A stretch of DNA of 64,000 nt from a bacterium (GTDB lineage Bacteria; Patescibacteriota; Patescibacteriia; JBDRHN01), in the NCBI GenBank assembly GCA_043816765.1, contig JBDRHN010000023.1, positions 17,353 through 81,352 on the forward strand, given 5' to 3'. The translations under genes and the position numbers were made by a program. Positions 32,163 through 41,314 of this stretch are shown piece after piece (position 1 is the stretch's first letter; the number at the start of each line of letters is the position of its first letter). Below the pieces are notes generated by a model. That model searched no databases. It was given only the letters and a program-made list of their open reading frames with translations, and was not told where the DNA came from.

Positions 32163-32410
32163 CTGTCATTCCAGAAAATTTTTTCCCACGGCATTTAACA
32201 ATAGTATTTTGCTCTGCTTAGAATGATATTAACAAAAACTTGGTTAAACTCACTGAAAAAATTTATCTGGAATCCAGGAGGCATTGCAATAACTCCTGGA
32301 TTCCAAATAAATTTTTTAATCTTATTGTTCTGGCTATTATTAAATAAAAAATATTATTTTATTTTAATTTGTTTTAATCAGCGCCGTGGAAAAAATTTTT
32401 TGGAATGACA
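32163..32410. mobile_element. MITE-like element (~250 bp) with 27-bp terminal inverted repeats and central palindrome
   Basis: TIR GTCATTCCAGAAAATTTTTTCCCACGGC / GCCGTGGAAAAAATTTTTTGGAATGAC; central CTGGAATCCAGGAG..CTCCTGGATTCCA; related partial copy 54760-54920. Confidence 0.6.
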
Positions 32411-32442
32411 CCTTTTTATTCGCAAACGCAAAAATCCTAAAG

Positions 32443-33444
32443 CTATAACGTCGTAATCGGCCTTGACTGCGTGATATAAAATTTACCTTTTGAAAAAGCC
32501 CATTCAATGTCTTGCGGTTTTTTGTAATGCTTTTCAATTTGACAGCAAATTTTGGACAGTTCAATTATTTGCTTGTTATTTAATTTCTGTTTTTCTTGTT
32601 TTGATTTTGAAACAGGTTGCCACACAATTCCTGAACTGGTTGAATTTTTGCGAACCAACATTTTTTCTTGCTCTGCAATATTTATATCTAAAATTTCAAA
32701 TTCTCCATCGTAGAGACGAGGCACTGCCTCGTCTCTATACTTGTTCACAATATAACTGTCCGGCGTTATCTGTCCTGAAACTATCGCCTCTCCCAGTCCG
32801 TATCCGGCTTCAATGATCATCTGATTTTTATCTTTTGTGATGGGGTGAACAGTGAAACAGACCCCTGATATTTCTGACTGGATCATTTTCTGAACCACAA
32901 CGGCAACGCCGATTTTTTGGTCAACTAAATTTTTTTCATAACGGTAAAAAATCGCTCTTGAGGTATAAAGCGATGACCAGCATTTCTTAACGTTTTTTAA
33001 AAGCGTTTTTTTTGTTGTGTTTAAATATGTTTCCAGCTCCCCGGCCCATGACGCTACTATTGAATCTTCTGCTGTGGCTGAACTGCGCACCGCCACAGAT
33101 TTTGCTTTAAGTTTTTTAAATTCCGCGTTAATTTCGTTAATTAAAACTTTCTGAATTTTGGTGTCGTTTATAATATCGCGAATAATATTAGACGCGCGGT
33201 CAATGGAATTTATGTCATCAAAATTTATTTGAGATAATTGGGCTTTTATTTCCAGCCCGACTTCCGCTGTCTCCGCGCGCGATCTCGCGCTTAAAAAATA
33301 ATCAAATGCGTCGGCTAAAATAACAAAACCATTCGGAACCGGAATTTTTACGTTAATCATTTCTCCGAGCGACGCGCCTTTCCCGCCGGCGGTTTTAATG
33401 TCTCTTGCGGAGATTTTTGAGAATGGGGAGGTGAATTTTGGCAT
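32443..33444 (-). CDS. PPDK_N-type ATP-grasp protein (PEP synthase / rifampin phosphotransferase N-domain family), stand-alone, with in-frame palindrome insertion
   Basis: GGKGASLGEM motif, RSSATAEDS, DIEWA..QSRPIT; insertion YRDEAVPRLYDGE at 32710-32738. Confidence 0.8.
   Translation of the reverse strand: MPKFTSPFSKISARDIKTAGGKGASLGEMINVKIPVPNGFVILADAFDYFLSARSRAETAEVGLEIKAQLSQINFDDINSIDRASNIIRDIINDTKIQKVLINEINAEFKKLKAKSVAVRSSATAEDSIVASWAGELETYLNTTKKTLLKNVKKCWSSLYTSRAIFYRYEKNLVDQKIGVAVVVQKMIQSEISGVCFTVHPITKDKNQMIIEAGYGLGEAIVSGQITPDSYIVNKYRDEAVPRLYDGEFEILDINIAEQEKMLVRKNSTSSGIVWQPVSKSKQEKQKLNNKQIIELSKICCQIEKHYKKPQDIEWAFSKGKFYITQSRPITTL
32710..32738. repeat. family A palindrome inside PPDK_N CDS (in frame)
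   Basis: GTAGAGACGAGGCACTGCCTCGTCTCTAT. Confidence 0.85.
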
Positions 33445-33448
33445 AGTT

Positions 33449-34687
33449 TTATTTTAAAATTTTTATTATTCCTTTATCTGCGTCAACTTCAACTACATCT
33501 CCAGTTTTAATAATTTTCGTAACATCTTTTATAGCAATAATACATGGGGTGCCGAGTTCTCTGGAAATTACCGCCGCATGCGTTGTAATGCCTCCGGTTT
33601 CAGTTAAAACAGCCGCGGCTTTTTTCATGGCTGGCACATATCTGGTTGATGTATATGCGGCAACTAAAATATCTCCTTTTTTTATTGAAGCAAGCGCGTC
33701 ATCTTTTCCGTTTGTTACAACTGCCTTTCCTTTTGTCTTGCCTGGCGATGCGGGTTGTCCTTTAAGCACTTTTTGATTCCCAACAGGAAATACTTCGGTT
33801 AGTTTCCCTTTTTCAAGAAAACGTTCCGCTTCATTTCCTTGATAAATTTGTAATTTTTTTCCTTGATAAAAAAGTATAGTCAATTTTTTGCGTTCTGAAA
33901 TAAGTTTTGTGGGGGGCGTTTTTGTTGCTATCATTTGTCTAATTTCTTTTGGTAAAAGAAATAACGTATCTTTAGTGTCTGAGAGTTTAATCCTGTTCGC
34001 AATCTGCAGAAGAAGTTTATTCCAAAAAACAGCGCGTTCTTCTGTAAATAAGGCGGATCCATCAGCTCTAATATACGCTCCGGCGCGCAATATTGTGCTT
34101 AAATTTTCCTCTTTTTTGTTTAAACGAAAAGCTCCATTTAATTTAGGCATGAGTATCTTTACATAACGAGTTTCGCGGAGCGGTTGTGTGTAGTAAATTT
34201 TATTTTGATCAACTTCTTTTGCATTATCGCTATATTCTGATAATGCCTCAAATAAATCTTCTCCAGTGAGAGAACTAAACATATAAAGCATATTACTTAC
34301 TGCGGCTATGGGAACGCTTAGTTCAAACCCCGAAAGAAATAATCTGCAAAGTTCGGCATCCGAAATATTGTCAAATTTTACAGAATTATTTTCTTTTAAA
34401 AATTTTCTTAGTTTTATTTTTTCTGCTTCATAAAAATTTAATACGTTTTTAATCCATTTGGTATCGTTTAATTTATTGCGAAAACATTTTGAAAGATGAA
34501 TAACATCATCCTCAAGCCCATATTTTTTCTGCTCCCCGTTTTTAATAATTGATAACAATCTATAACGACAACCGCACAAATTTTCAAATATTTCAAAAAA
34601 TTCTTCGCCCGCAAAAGCAACAGCCTGAAGCGGCACAATATCAACACTAAAAAATAATTCGTATTTTTTGTTTTTAAATTTGATCAT
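33449..34687 (-). CDS. PEP-utilizing-enzyme mobile (phosphohistidine swivel) domain protein with ~260-aa unknown N-terminal domain
   Basis: C-terminal ETGGITTHAAVISRELGTPCIIA swivel signature; no PEP-binding TIM barrel. Confidence 0.75.
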   Translation of the reverse strand: MIKFKNKKYELFFSVDIVPLQAVAFAGEEFFEIFENLCGCRYRLLSIIKNGEQKKYGLEDDVIHLSKCFRNKLNDTKWIKNVLNFYEAEKIKLRKFLKENNSVKFDNISDAELCRLFLSGFELSVPIAAVSNMLYMFSSLTGEDLFEALSEYSDNAKEVDQNKIYYTQPLRETRYVKILMPKLNGAFRLNKKEENLSTILRAGAYIRADGSALFTEERAVFWNKLLLQIANRIKLSDTKDTLFLLPKEIRQMIATKTPPTKLISERKKLTILFYQGKKLQIYQGNEAERFLEKGKLTEVFPVGNQKVLKGQPASPGKTKGKAVVTNGKDDALASIKKGDILVAAYTSTRYVPAMKKAAAVLTETGGITTHAAVISRELGTPCIIAIKDVTKIIKTGDVVEVDADKGIIKILK

Positions 34688-34829
34688 TTTTTTTTATATT
34701 AATTTTTTAAAAAAATATTCCGCTTAATCAAGAAACCGCTCGATCTTTTTTGAAACATATTTCGTTAATTGGACAAATTTGTCCATATACTGAAATGGTA
34801 TATTTTATTTTAAAAACATTGCCAAATTT

Positions 34830-36215
34830 TTAACTTAAAATTTTTATAATCCAAATTGGAAAAATATTTCGTTGCGCGGAAAATTCCAGTTTATCTTTTG
34901 AAATTATTGTATAAACATCGCCGGCTTTTTGCGCCTTTCGCCTGATAAATGCCATATCGCCCTCTTTAATGCTTGAAGTATGCTTCACTTCAAAATAGCG
35001 ATAACTTTTTTTGTCCATCAAATCTTTGGCGGCAATAAAGTCAAATTCTTCTTTTCTGATCCGGCAAAAAGCAATATATTGATACTGCTCCCGCAATATG
35101 TTGTAGAAATAATTTTCCACCAAGAAACCTGCTGCAGGAGAATCAACCGCCAAATAATCAAGACCGCGAAAAGCGGCATAAAAATTAACGCTTTCCAAAT
35201 AAATTTTTCTTAACAGCCTTCTGGATTTGCGGAAAGATTTAGAAAAATTATACACAAAGTGAATTAAAAAACTGTTTTCAAAATAACGCAAGTACTTATT
35301 GACTGTCTCTTTATTTAATCCTGCTTCGCTTGCCAAATTTCCAATCTCTATAATTGAGCCGATTTCACTAACCGCTATTTGAAATAAAAATTTCAATTCT
35401 TCTATTTTTTCCGCGCCATATATTTTAGGAATATCATATTCCAAAGTTTTTTTATAAACCGCTTCAATTAAATATTTTTTGCGCGTTTCTATGTCAGGCT
35501 CATTAACCAAAACCGGAAACTGGCCAAAAAATAAATAATCGTAAAAATTTTTTTTCAACTCATTCCCCCATTGATAAACTAATTTTTCAATTCCGGACTT
35601 ATCAATCTCTTGTTGCCCTGGCGCGACGGCAAATTGCTGAAAATCAGCAAGCAATTCACTTTGCGCTCCTTTGATAATTAAGTATTCTTCAAAACTTAAA
35701 ACCGGCAATTTAAATTCATAAATCCGTCCGGCTAAACTCTCCGTAGCTTGTTTTTTTATAAACAAAGACGACGATCCGCTGATTACAAACTTCAAATTAG
35801 GCTCCGTATCATAATAGCGCTTAATAATATGCTGCCACTTTAATGCGTATTGCACCTCATCAATAAAAATATACCTCTTTTTGCCGGAAACGTTTGTTTC
35901 CAAAAAAATATTAATATAATCGGTTAAACTTACTTTACTGCCTATCAAATCTTCATCAAGAGTAAGAAAAAAAATATTTTCCGGTTTTGTTTCCTTGATT
36001 ATTTTTTGAATTAGCTGTTTCAAGAGAACGGTTTTTCCGGTTCGGCGCAAACCGATAATTGAAACGATTTCCCTTTTTTCTAAATAAGGAATAATTTTAT
36101 TTAGTAACGTTCTGCTATGCTTTATGGTTTTTAGGTCGGCAAAAAATAAATCAGCATCTTTCCAGTGTTTATTCTGACGATAAATTTCCGCTAATATTAT
36201 ATCTTTTTTGTTCAT
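34830..36215 (-). CDS. AAA+ ATPase, COG1373/DUF4143 family
   Basis: Walker A GLRRTGKT, Walker B IFIDEVQ; family architecture. Confidence 0.8.
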   Translation of the reverse strand: MNKKDIILAEIYRQNKHWKDADLFFADLKTIKHSRTLLNKIIPYLEKREIVSIIGLRRTGKTVLLKQLIQKIIKETKPENIFFLTLDEDLIGSKVSLTDYINIFLETNVSGKKRYIFIDEVQYALKWQHIIKRYYDTEPNLKFVISGSSSLFIKKQATESLAGRIYEFKLPVLSFEEYLIIKGAQSELLADFQQFAVAPGQQEIDKSGIEKLVYQWGNELKKNFYDYLFFGQFPVLVNEPDIETRKKYLIEAVYKKTLEYDIPKIYGAEKIEELKFLFQIAVSEIGSIIEIGNLASEAGLNKETVNKYLRYFENSFLIHFVYNFSKSFRKSRRLLRKIYLESVNFYAAFRGLDYLAVDSPAAGFLVENYFYNILREQYQYIAFCRIRKEEFDFIAAKDLMDKKSYRYFEVKHTSSIKEGDMAFIRRKAQKAGDVYTIISKDKLEFSAQRNIFPIWIIKILS

Positions 36216-36269
36216 ATTACATTTATGAGGGTTATAACAGCTATAATTGTATCATTTATGCTTGTGTTG

Positions 36270-37334
36270 TCAAGCTAATTTTACGATCCTCACAATCCCC
36301 TTTTCCACGTCAACTTCCACTTTGTCGCCGTCTTTTAAAACTTTCGTAGCGATTTTTGTTCCGATGATGCAGGGGATTTTCAGTTCGCGGGCAATTATTG
36401 CGGCGTGGCAAGTTATTCCGCCGTCGTCAGTTATGATGGCGGCGGCTTTTTTCATGCCAACAAGGTGTTCGGGGCGAGTCATTGGCGCGACTAAAATATC
36501 TCCTTTTTCCACCTTGCCGATATTTTGAGCTGTCATAATAATTTTAACTTTTCCTGTGGCTTTGCCTATGGATACCGCAATTCCGCTTATTTCATTTACG
36601 TCTCCAAAATCCAGCCTGTTGACTATATTTAAAAAATTCTTAGCCTCTTGTCCTGCGTAAATATTCGTTATCTTTCCATTTCTATAAATAAACAAGCTCG
36701 CTTTTCTTCTATTTTTTAATTCAGAAACATTAAATTTTTTCGCTAAAATATTTTTGAATTCCCCAGAACAAGAATATCGCAACAGTTCATGATCTATTCC
36801 TGTCCTTCTGCTAATTTCTTTTAAAATTTTATCAGCCAAAGCAATAAAAGCTAAAGTATACACTTTTCTTTGATCCTGCCATTTGATAAATATTTCAGTA
36901 AGCCTTGAAATCGCTTTAATTTCCGGAGTAAATTTGTATTTTCCAAACAATTTTTCTTTTTCCCGTTTATGTTTTTCTAAAATTTTATTTTGCTTATGTT
37001 TAAATATTCTTTTTATTTCGTCTTCCATTTCTTTAAAGCTATATTCTTTGTGCCCGACATAACTTGATTTTATCCATGAATATTTTATCAAATGCGATTC
37101 CGCCAAAATAGCCAAATCTTTTTTCTTGCTAAGAAATTTTTTTAAACTCCCATTCTTGAATCCCGATTTTTTTATTTTAACCGCGATTTTTCTTAAATCA
37201 TCATCCTCTTGGTTTATAAATGACGGATCAATCGGCGCGCTTAAAACGGAAAATATTTTGTGATAATTTTTTATTTTATTTTCTTCGCAATATTTCTTGG
37301 TCAAAAAATCAAATCTTTTATCAGCGTAAAACAT
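36270..37334 (-). CDS. paralogous swivel (phosphohistidine) domain protein with unknown N-terminal domain
   Basis: DDGGITCHAAIIARELKIPCIIG; C-terminal ~150 aa collinear with 33449..34687. Confidence 0.75.
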   Translation of the reverse strand: MFYADKRFDFLTKKYCEENKIKNYHKIFSVLSAPIDPSFINQEDDDLRKIAVKIKKSGFKNGSLKKFLSKKKDLAILAESHLIKYSWIKSSYVGHKEYSFKEMEDEIKRIFKHKQNKILEKHKREKEKLFGKYKFTPEIKAISRLTEIFIKWQDQRKVYTLAFIALADKILKEISRRTGIDHELLRYSCSGEFKNILAKKFNVSELKNRRKASLFIYRNGKITNIYAGQEAKNFLNIVNRLDFGDVNEISGIAVSIGKATGKVKIIMTAQNIGKVEKGDILVAPMTRPEHLVGMKKAAAIITDDGGITCHAAIIARELKIPCIIGTKIATKVLKDGDKVEVDVEKGIVRIVKLA

Positions 37335-37370
37335 GTAGCCATCAATTGTCGTTATTTTGATAAAAAAAAA

Positions 37371-37398
37371 TAGAAAAAATTTGACACGATGAATTAAA
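37371..37398 (+). promoter_or_regulatory. consensus sigma70-type promoter (TTGACA-N16-TATATT)
   Basis: TTGACAcgatgaattaaattgcTATATTaaaaat, nearly identical to the promoter at 31939. Confidence 0.6.
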
Positions 37399-37404
37399 TT
37401 GCTA

Positions 37405-37522
37405 TATTAAAAATGAACGGCAAGCCCTATATGTGTCGTTTGGGCGCTCCCCTCTGTGAGGCTATGAGCTCAAACATCACAAACCCATAAGGCTCGTTCC
37501 CCCGAAGGGGGTTTTTATTTTT
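37405..37522 (+). ncRNA. candidate small RNA (~118 nt) ending at intrinsic terminator
   Basis: transcript between two minus-strand genes; terminator TCCCCCGAAGGGGGT + T-run at 37499-37524. Confidence 0.4.
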
Positions 37523-37571
37523 CTATAAATACTGCTTATCATAAACAATCTTGTCCTGAAAGATATTCACC

Positions 37572-38783
37572 CTATTCCAAAAATCCAAACAAATACAAAG
37601 GCATCTGTTTGCCGCCGGAAATTAAAATATCGTCTTTAACTAAATAAGAATTTTTGACCTCTTTTATTTGCTTACCCTTTTTGCCGGCTCCGCCGATCTC
37701 TAATGTATATCCATCGCAGATAATATCACCTTGCTTAGAAAAAAATACATTATATCCGGCATTCATCAGATGGCTTACGACAAACAACTCCCTGGTTTGT
37801 CCAAGATCAATCGGTTTGCCGATTGAATTATTGATTGCGCAAAACAAGTTCGTATTATTCAGATAAACTTTTTCTGTATTTCTAATCAAGGCATGTCCTT
37901 GTTTGTTTATTAACAAAAAACGCAATAGTCCGCTTTCTCTCAACATTTCAATATAGTCAGCAATGGTTGTGTGGTCTTTGCCTAAACTTTTAGACAAATT
38001 ATTGACATTTAAACTTCCCGGCTTGCTGGTGGCGAAAAAATAAATAATTTTCCTAAAAACGTCCAGATTATTTGTTTTCAATGAATAAAAAGAGCTGATA
38101 TCCTCAAAAACTGTTTTATTTATAATGCCAAGCAAGGCGTCTTTATAGTCATCATAATTTTCTAACTCCATAAAAATAGGATAATAACCCTGCTTATAAT
38201 ACTCTTTTAAATAACCGATTAATTTTGAAATGTCTGATAATTCTTTTGATATTTTAGAGCCGTCATTGATAATATTTTTTAAAGTAAAAACAGGAAATTC
38301 TTTTTTTAGTTTAACCTCAAGAAATTCCCGGAAAGAAAAGCCGCTCATATATTTTAAATTTGCCCTGCGAGATAAATCATATCTGCCCTTGACAAGATCA
38401 AGACTGGAACTGCCCGAAAAAATAATTTTCATTTTCGGATAAGAATCATAAATATTTTTTAGTTCTTGATTCCAATTTTTATAACGATGAATTTCATCAA
38501 TGCAAATAATTTCGCCGTTATATTCTTTGTGAAATCTGTCGGCTAAATCAATCAAACTATTTTCGGAAAAATAAAGATTGTCGGCAGACACATAAATACC
38601 TTTATCTGTTTTTTGGTATTTCTGTTTAAGGTAATTAAGCAAAAAAATGGTTTTGCCAACGCCTCGCGCGCCAACAACGCCGGTAATTCTGTTGGTTAAT
38701 TTAAAATCAGAAAAAAATTTTCTTTGATAAATAGAATCTATTGATTTTAATAATCTATGATAAGTTTCAATTAAGCTTTGCAT
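37572..38783 (-). CDS. AAA+ ATPase, COG1373/DUF4143 family (second paralog)
   Basis: Walker A GARGVGKT, Walker B ICIDEIH. Confidence 0.8.
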   Translation of the reverse strand: MQSLIETYHRLLKSIDSIYQRKFFSDFKLTNRITGVVGARGVGKTIFLLNYLKQKYQKTDKGIYVSADNLYFSENSLIDLADRFHKEYNGEIICIDEIHRYKNWNQELKNIYDSYPKMKIIFSGSSSLDLVKGRYDLSRRANLKYMSGFSFREFLEVKLKKEFPVFTLKNIINDGSKISKELSDISKLIGYLKEYYKQGYYPIFMELENYDDYKDALLGIINKTVFEDISSFYSLKTNNLDVFRKIIYFFATSKPGSLNVNNLSKSLGKDHTTIADYIEMLRESGLLRFLLINKQGHALIRNTEKVYLNNTNLFCAINNSIGKPIDLGQTRELFVVSHLMNAGYNVFFSKQGDIICDGYTLEIGGAGKKGKQIKEVKNSYLVKDDILISGGKQMPLYLFGFLE

Positions 38784-38902
38784 ATAATTTAGCTAAATAA
38801 TTAGTTTGGATATACTCAAATAATTATATAGTATTTTTTGGGTGCAGTCAAATTTTTAAAAAAAATAGCGGCTTGTCTGCCGCTATGTTGAGAAAAAAAA
38901 TT

Positions 38903-38944
38903 TTCGGGTAGGTTCGGCGACGTCGCCGAACCTACCCGAAAATT
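38903..38944 (-). terminator. 42-bp perfect GC-rich palindrome acting as efp terminator
   Basis: TTTTCGGGTAGGTTCGGCGACGTCGCCGAACCTACCCGAAAA; core shared with 10109-10130; T-run follows on minus strand. Confidence 0.6.
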
Positions 38945-38950
38945 TTTTTC

Positions 38951-39511
38951 TTAAACTCTCTCCACATACTCCCCCGTCTCCGTATTCACTCTGACCATCT
39001 CATCCTGCTCCACAAAAATCGGAACATTGATAATCGCTCCGGTTTCCAGTTTTGCTTTTTTTGTTACCGAGCCTTGCGCCGTATCGCCTCGCGTCGCCGG
39101 TTCGGTTTCGGTTATTTTGAGTTCAACTTTTGTCGGTAATATAATGCTGATTGGCCTGCTTTCATACAATAAAACACTCACCTCTTCACCTTCTTTCAAA
39201 AAATTAATCTGTTCTTCAACAACATCAAGCGGCAAAGCAATTTGTTCGTAGCTTTTGCTGTCCATAAAACAAACCTCATTACCATCAGAATACAAAAAAC
39301 TCGCTTTTGATCTTTCCATGTCAGCCCCTTCAACCTTATCAGAGGCGTTGAAAGTTTTTTCTATAGTAGAACCCGTGATAAGATTTTTCAGCTTAGTTCG
39401 CACGCAGGCCTTGCTGCGGGCGGATTTTGAGTGTTGCGATTCAACAACGACATGGGGTTCGTTGTTGATTTTTATCACTGTTCCTATCCTTTTGAGATCA
39501 TTCATTTCCAT
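38951..39511 (-). CDS. efp: elongation factor P
   Basis: 186 aa, KPGKGxA-region and three OB-like segments typical of EF-P. Confidence 0.9.
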   Translation of the reverse strand: MEMNDLKRIGTVIKINNEPHVVVESQHSKSARSKACVRTKLKNLITGSTIEKTFNASDKVEGADMERSKASFLYSDGNEVCFMDSKSYEQIALPLDVVEEQINFLKEGEEVSVLLYESRPISIILPTKVELKITETEPATRGDTAQGSVTKKAKLETGAIINVPIFVEQDEMVRVNTETGEYVERV

Positions 39512-39629
39512 ACTTTTCTAAAGATACAAAGATACAAGATACAATAACCAAAAAATAATCAAACGTTCAGAATTTTTTTTACATCTTATATTCTTGTGTT
39601 TTTTATTTTAAAATTATTATTACTGACAT

Positions 39630-39690
39630 CAAACGAGGCAATGCCTCATCTCTACAATCTTGGCGTATCGCAATACGCCTCTACAATAAC
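39630..39690. repeat. family A variant palindrome plus GGCGTATCGCAATACGCC hairpin, upstream of efp
   Basis: CAAACGAGGCAATGCCTCATCTCTACA. Confidence 0.7.
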
Positions 39691-39750
39691 GACTTTCGAC
39701 TTTATAGACTTTACAGACTTTCGACTTATTGGACTTTATGGACTTTCAAC

Positions 39751-39990
39751 TTACTTCGTTGTTATCGGCAAAAGCGCCATGACGCGAGCGCGTTTTATGG
39801 CAGTTTTCAGTTTTCTTTGATGTTTAGCGCATACATTGCTCCTTCTCGGGGGAACAATTTTAGCGTAAGAAGAGATAAATCTTCGCAAAATTGTTGTGTC
39901 TTTGTAATCAATTTCATCAATTTGATTAACGCAAAAATAACAATATCTTTTTTTATCCAACGTATTATTTGTTTTATTGTTTTTATTCAT
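39751..39990 (-). CDS. rpsR: 30S ribosomal protein S18
   Basis: CYFCVNQIDEIDYKDTTILRRFIS... S18 signature. Confidence 0.93.
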   Translation of the reverse strand: MNKNNKTNNTLDKKRYCYFCVNQIDEIDYKDTTILRRFISSYAKIVPPRRSNVCAKHQRKLKTAIKRARVMALLPITTK

Positions 39991-40040
39991 AATAAGACAA
40001 CAAAATTTTTAATTTAAAAAATTAAAACATTAAAAATTGT

Positions 40041-40514
40041 TTAAAAGGGTATATTTTCTACCTGTATTTCTTCTGTGTTGTCGTTAGTTTCTTGTTGCGG
40101 AGCTGGCTGAAACTGCGGAGCCGGAGCGGCTTGCGCGGCACCTCCTTGATATTGCTGTCCTGCCGGCTGTCCTGCGTTTGCACCTGCTCTGTCAAGCATA
40201 ATCATATTTTCGACGTTTATTTCAGTGCGATAATGTTTTACTCCGTTTTGGTCGTCCCAACTGTTTGTCTGCAATCTGCCTTCAATGTAAACCTTGCTTC
40301 CCTTTTTTAAATATTGTCCGCAAATTTCTCCCAATCTTCTCCATGCCACAATATTATGATATTCTACTTGGGTTTTTTGCTCGCCGGTTTGAGAATCTTT
40401 CCATACAAAATTTGTGGCTATGCCAAATTTGGCAACTGTATGTCCTGATGGAATTGTTTTGACCTCTGGATCTCTTGTGAGATTTCCTATGATCATTGCT
40501 CGATTTAAGTTCAT
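40041..40514 (-). CDS. ssb: single-stranded DNA-binding protein
   Basis: OB-fold N-domain, Gly/Gln/Pro-rich linker, acidic tail ending IPF. Confidence 0.93.
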   Translation of the reverse strand: MNLNRAMIIGNLTRDPEVKTIPSGHTVAKFGIATNFVWKDSQTGEQKTQVEYHNIVAWRRLGEICGQYLKKGSKVYIEGRLQTNSWDDQNGVKHYRTEINVENMIMLDRAGANAGQPAGQQYQGGAAQAAPAPQFQPAPQQETNDNTEEIQVENIPF

Positions 40515-40535
40515 AGATTTTATTTATTTTTTTAA

Positions 40536-41138
40536 TTAAATAAGATTGTCGTTGATTATTGTATCAAGTTTTTCGTCCAAATCTTCTAATTTAATTTTCT
40601 TTTCTTCTTTTTTTCTAAAAAAGGCGAGTTTTTTAACCTCTGTTTCTTCCTTTTTTTCCTGTTCTGCTTCAATCTTTTCCTCATTTTGCTCTGTTTGCTT
40701 TTCGTTTTCTTCAATTTTTTTTGGTGTTTCTGTTTTGATATTGCTATCTTCTAACTGTTTTTCAATATCAAATTGTTCTGTCATTTTTATTTTTTTATAT
40801 TCTTTTCTCTCTCTTTTTTCTTTTGCCTTTTTCCGTTCTTCTTCTGTTATTTTTTTCTTTTTAAAAACTAAATGCCTGATAACTTCTGACATTAGTTTGA
40901 TTTTTTCGTTCACAGATTTAATTTTGTCTGATTCAATATCAAACTCATTAATAATATAAAATCCTTGCGAGTTGCGCTTGATCGCATAGCTGAATTTTTT
41001 CTTTCCTAAATTTTCTTCATAAGCAATCTGCCCGCCCTCTTTTTGAATTACTTCTTTGATTTTATTTTGAATTTTCTCAAATTCTTTTCCCGAAAATTTT
41101 ACAGGAATGATATAAATTAGTTCGTAATATTGCATCAT
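40536..41138 (-). CDS. rpsF: 30S ribosomal protein S6 with ~100-aa Lys/Glu-rich C-terminal extension
   Basis: MMQYYELIYII.. S6 N-domain; rpsF-ssb-rpsR order. Confidence 0.9.
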   Translation of the reverse strand: MMQYYELIYIIPVKFSGKEFEKIQNKIKEVIQKEGGQIAYEENLGKKKFSYAIKRNSQGFYIINEFDIESDKIKSVNEKIKLMSEVIRHLVFKKKKITEEERKKAKEKRERKEYKKIKMTEQFDIEKQLEDSNIKTETPKKIEENEKQTEQNEEKIEAEQEKKEETEVKKLAFFRKKEEKKIKLEDLDEKLDTIINDNLI

Positions 41139-41314
41139 AGTATTAATTTCCCGCTCGCGCGAATTGCCAAAAGGCTAAAGTTATTTAAAATTTCTCGCCA
41201 GACGGAGAGGTTCTTTTAAAAATAGTTTAACAGAAAGGATATTTTTGTCAATAGACAAATTTTTTTGCATATTTTAAACAAAAAAGATACAATAATTGAA
41301 CTTTAGAATAAATT

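Noticed and set aside
32223-32408. 61-aa plus-strand ORF
   Set aside because: Lies wholly inside the MITE-like element between its inverted repeats, with low-complexity translation and no start context. Treated as spurious.
37417-37476. 19-codon ORF (MCRLGAPLCEAMSSNITNP) inside candidate sRNA 2
   Set aside because: No SD, very short, and composition consistent with chance in a GC-richer structured segment. Not called as CDS.
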